A stretch of DNA of 64,000 bases from Mobula hypostoma (Eukaryota), in contig NC_086108.1 in assembly GCF_963921235.1 (NCBI RefSeq), positions 83,020,001 through 83,084,000 on the forward strand, read 5' to 3'. The notes under the pieces were generated by a model. That model saw only the letters and a program-made list of their open reading frames with translations. It did not search any database and had not been told where the DNA came from. A program made the translations under genes and the position numbers. This document shows positions 62,471 to 64,000 of this stretch, piece after piece (the first letter of the stretch is position 1; each line of letters starts with the position of its first letter).

Positions 62471-64000
62471 AATTTTTTTTACATACAATTCTTACCTTTG
62501 TTTACAAAATCCTCTGTAAACTTTGTCTATAACATTCTCGATCCCTGGAAACAACTGTAGTCTTCTTGATTACCCCTGAGTTTAATTGCTTCACAACTGG
62601 CCTTCTCCATGCCAGTTCAAAAACTTCTCTAAACTTACTTTAGCATTCTCCTGAAACATACCACTTTGATCAATCTTTTGCCCATTTGCTCTATTATTTC
62701 CTTAAATGGCTCTGTGTTGAATTTAGTTTCATAATACCACAGTATATAGTAAAGGTGCTTAGAAGTGTTTTCTGCTTTAGTATAATTCACTGACATAAAT
62801 CAGGGGCCTTGCACTAAGTCAGACAAGAAACAGGACATGACCTCCAGCACCTGAAGTCACAGATTTTGCCTGGGTTCTGCCTAGTTTCTTCAAAGTAACT
62901 TCAACCCTGGCTCAATGATCAGGGGACATTAGTCTCAAGTACTCCTAGCCTGGCAACTAATTGTCTGTTGATGAGAATGTCAGTGAGAATGCATGACAAT
63001 ATCAGGCAGCACCTTAAAAAGATAAATAGAAGTATTTATAAATATGTAATGTTTCATATCACTAACTTTCAGGAGTTTCAGGTGTTATTTCATATTTCCA
63101 GCATTTGAAGTTTCTGTTTTGTTTTTTGATTTATAACTATTATAGTTATTCTTATTCCTTTAATGAATAGTTACAGATTTTAGGGCCGGGGCATGGTCAA
63201 TATATAGAACAGATTGAAGATATAAGGCAGAGGGACAAGGGACTAGTAATCTCAAAAACATTTCATGTCTTTGCGTTCTCCTAATTGTGGCTCATCTTTC
63301 TGCCAACCACGCTCCCTTTCTTTTCCATCTCACCTGTTCCCTTTGAAATCGACCTCTGTATCTTGCCCCTCACTCTGACTTAATTTACAGCAGTTTTGCT
63401 GTTCATCAGTTTCCTTATCTTTCACTCTCCTGATGGTGGTTGGCAAGAAACCAAAATTTATTTCAATGTGCTTTCTTCTACCTCTCACTTCAACCTCACA
63501 TCCCCTCAATTCCATCAGAGATTTTATTAGTTGTCAAAATTCAACCTACATTTTATCATTTTAAGTCAAATATGGATAAAGAAATACATTGTAAGGGATT
63601 TCATTTTTACTGCTGTCAGTTCTAGCAGACTAAATTGTTATCCTTTCATAGATTCTACCCAATTTCCAATTCATTAACTTCACACTAAGTTGCGAAGATT
63701 GAAATCTAGTCTTTCAAGCTGCCTCTCTATCTGTGCAGGTGTCTTACTCTGTCTGAATCACTTTTCCTTCTCAAAGAGGTGTTAAGTTAGTACCTTTGTC
63801 AATTAGCATAAGCAGATGGGAATCACTCCCTAAGGAAACAGTAGTTCTCCCACACCTGCCTGTAACCAAGAACCATTTGCAACAGGTCTTTGAAACAGGA
63901 TACTAAACAATAACCTGCCCAACTTCCTTAGCAGACATGGATGTTTCTTCTAATTCTTTCATCCTTTTCCCAAGTATTAATATAATCATTCACATAACAT

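Noticed and set aside
63330..63515. Possible exon of a neighbouring gene such as KNCN (ends at AG|GTGAG on minus)
   Set aside because: The peptide has no similarity I recognise to kinocilin or other proteins, and there is no convincing acceptor.
1..64000. Prokaryotic systems (CRISPR arrays, operons, retrons, defence islands)
   Set aside because: No repeat-spacer arrays or gene-dense regions. All RT and nuclease ORFs are broken pieces of eukaryotic retrotransposons.

Overview
This is eukaryotic vertebrate genomic DNA, not prokaryotic. The repeat set (CR1/HER1-like LINEs, HE1-like V-SINEs, abundant Penelope and Rex/Babar fragments) suggests a cartilaginous fish such as a ray; this is inference. 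Only one host gene is recognisable: TMEM275 on the minus strand, with a single coding exon (42234-42788), a splice acceptor at 42845, and a probable non-coding first exon in a CpG island at about 51.3-54.4 kb. Most of the rest is decayed and deeply nested transposons: CR1, Rex/Babar, Penelope, Gypsy, solo LTRs, an L1, a Nimb/I-clade element, RTE/BovB, Tc1 and SINEs. Highlights: (1) a near-complete BovB-like RTE with a twin-priming-style 5' inversion and an 11-bp target-site duplication (TSD); (2) minimal hammerhead ribozyme motifs in Penelope terminal repeats; (3) an unclassified ~1-kb non-coding element with 153-bp terminal direct repeats and a 25-bp TSD inside a V-SINE; (4) an ORF1-only Nimb and an L1 lacking its endonuclease (EN) and much of its reverse transcriptase (RT), both with intact ends; (5) two SINEs sharing a head but with different tails. 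I found no evidence of a new multi-gene system. Family assignments come from recalled motifs, not database searches, and boundaries without a TSD are approximate.
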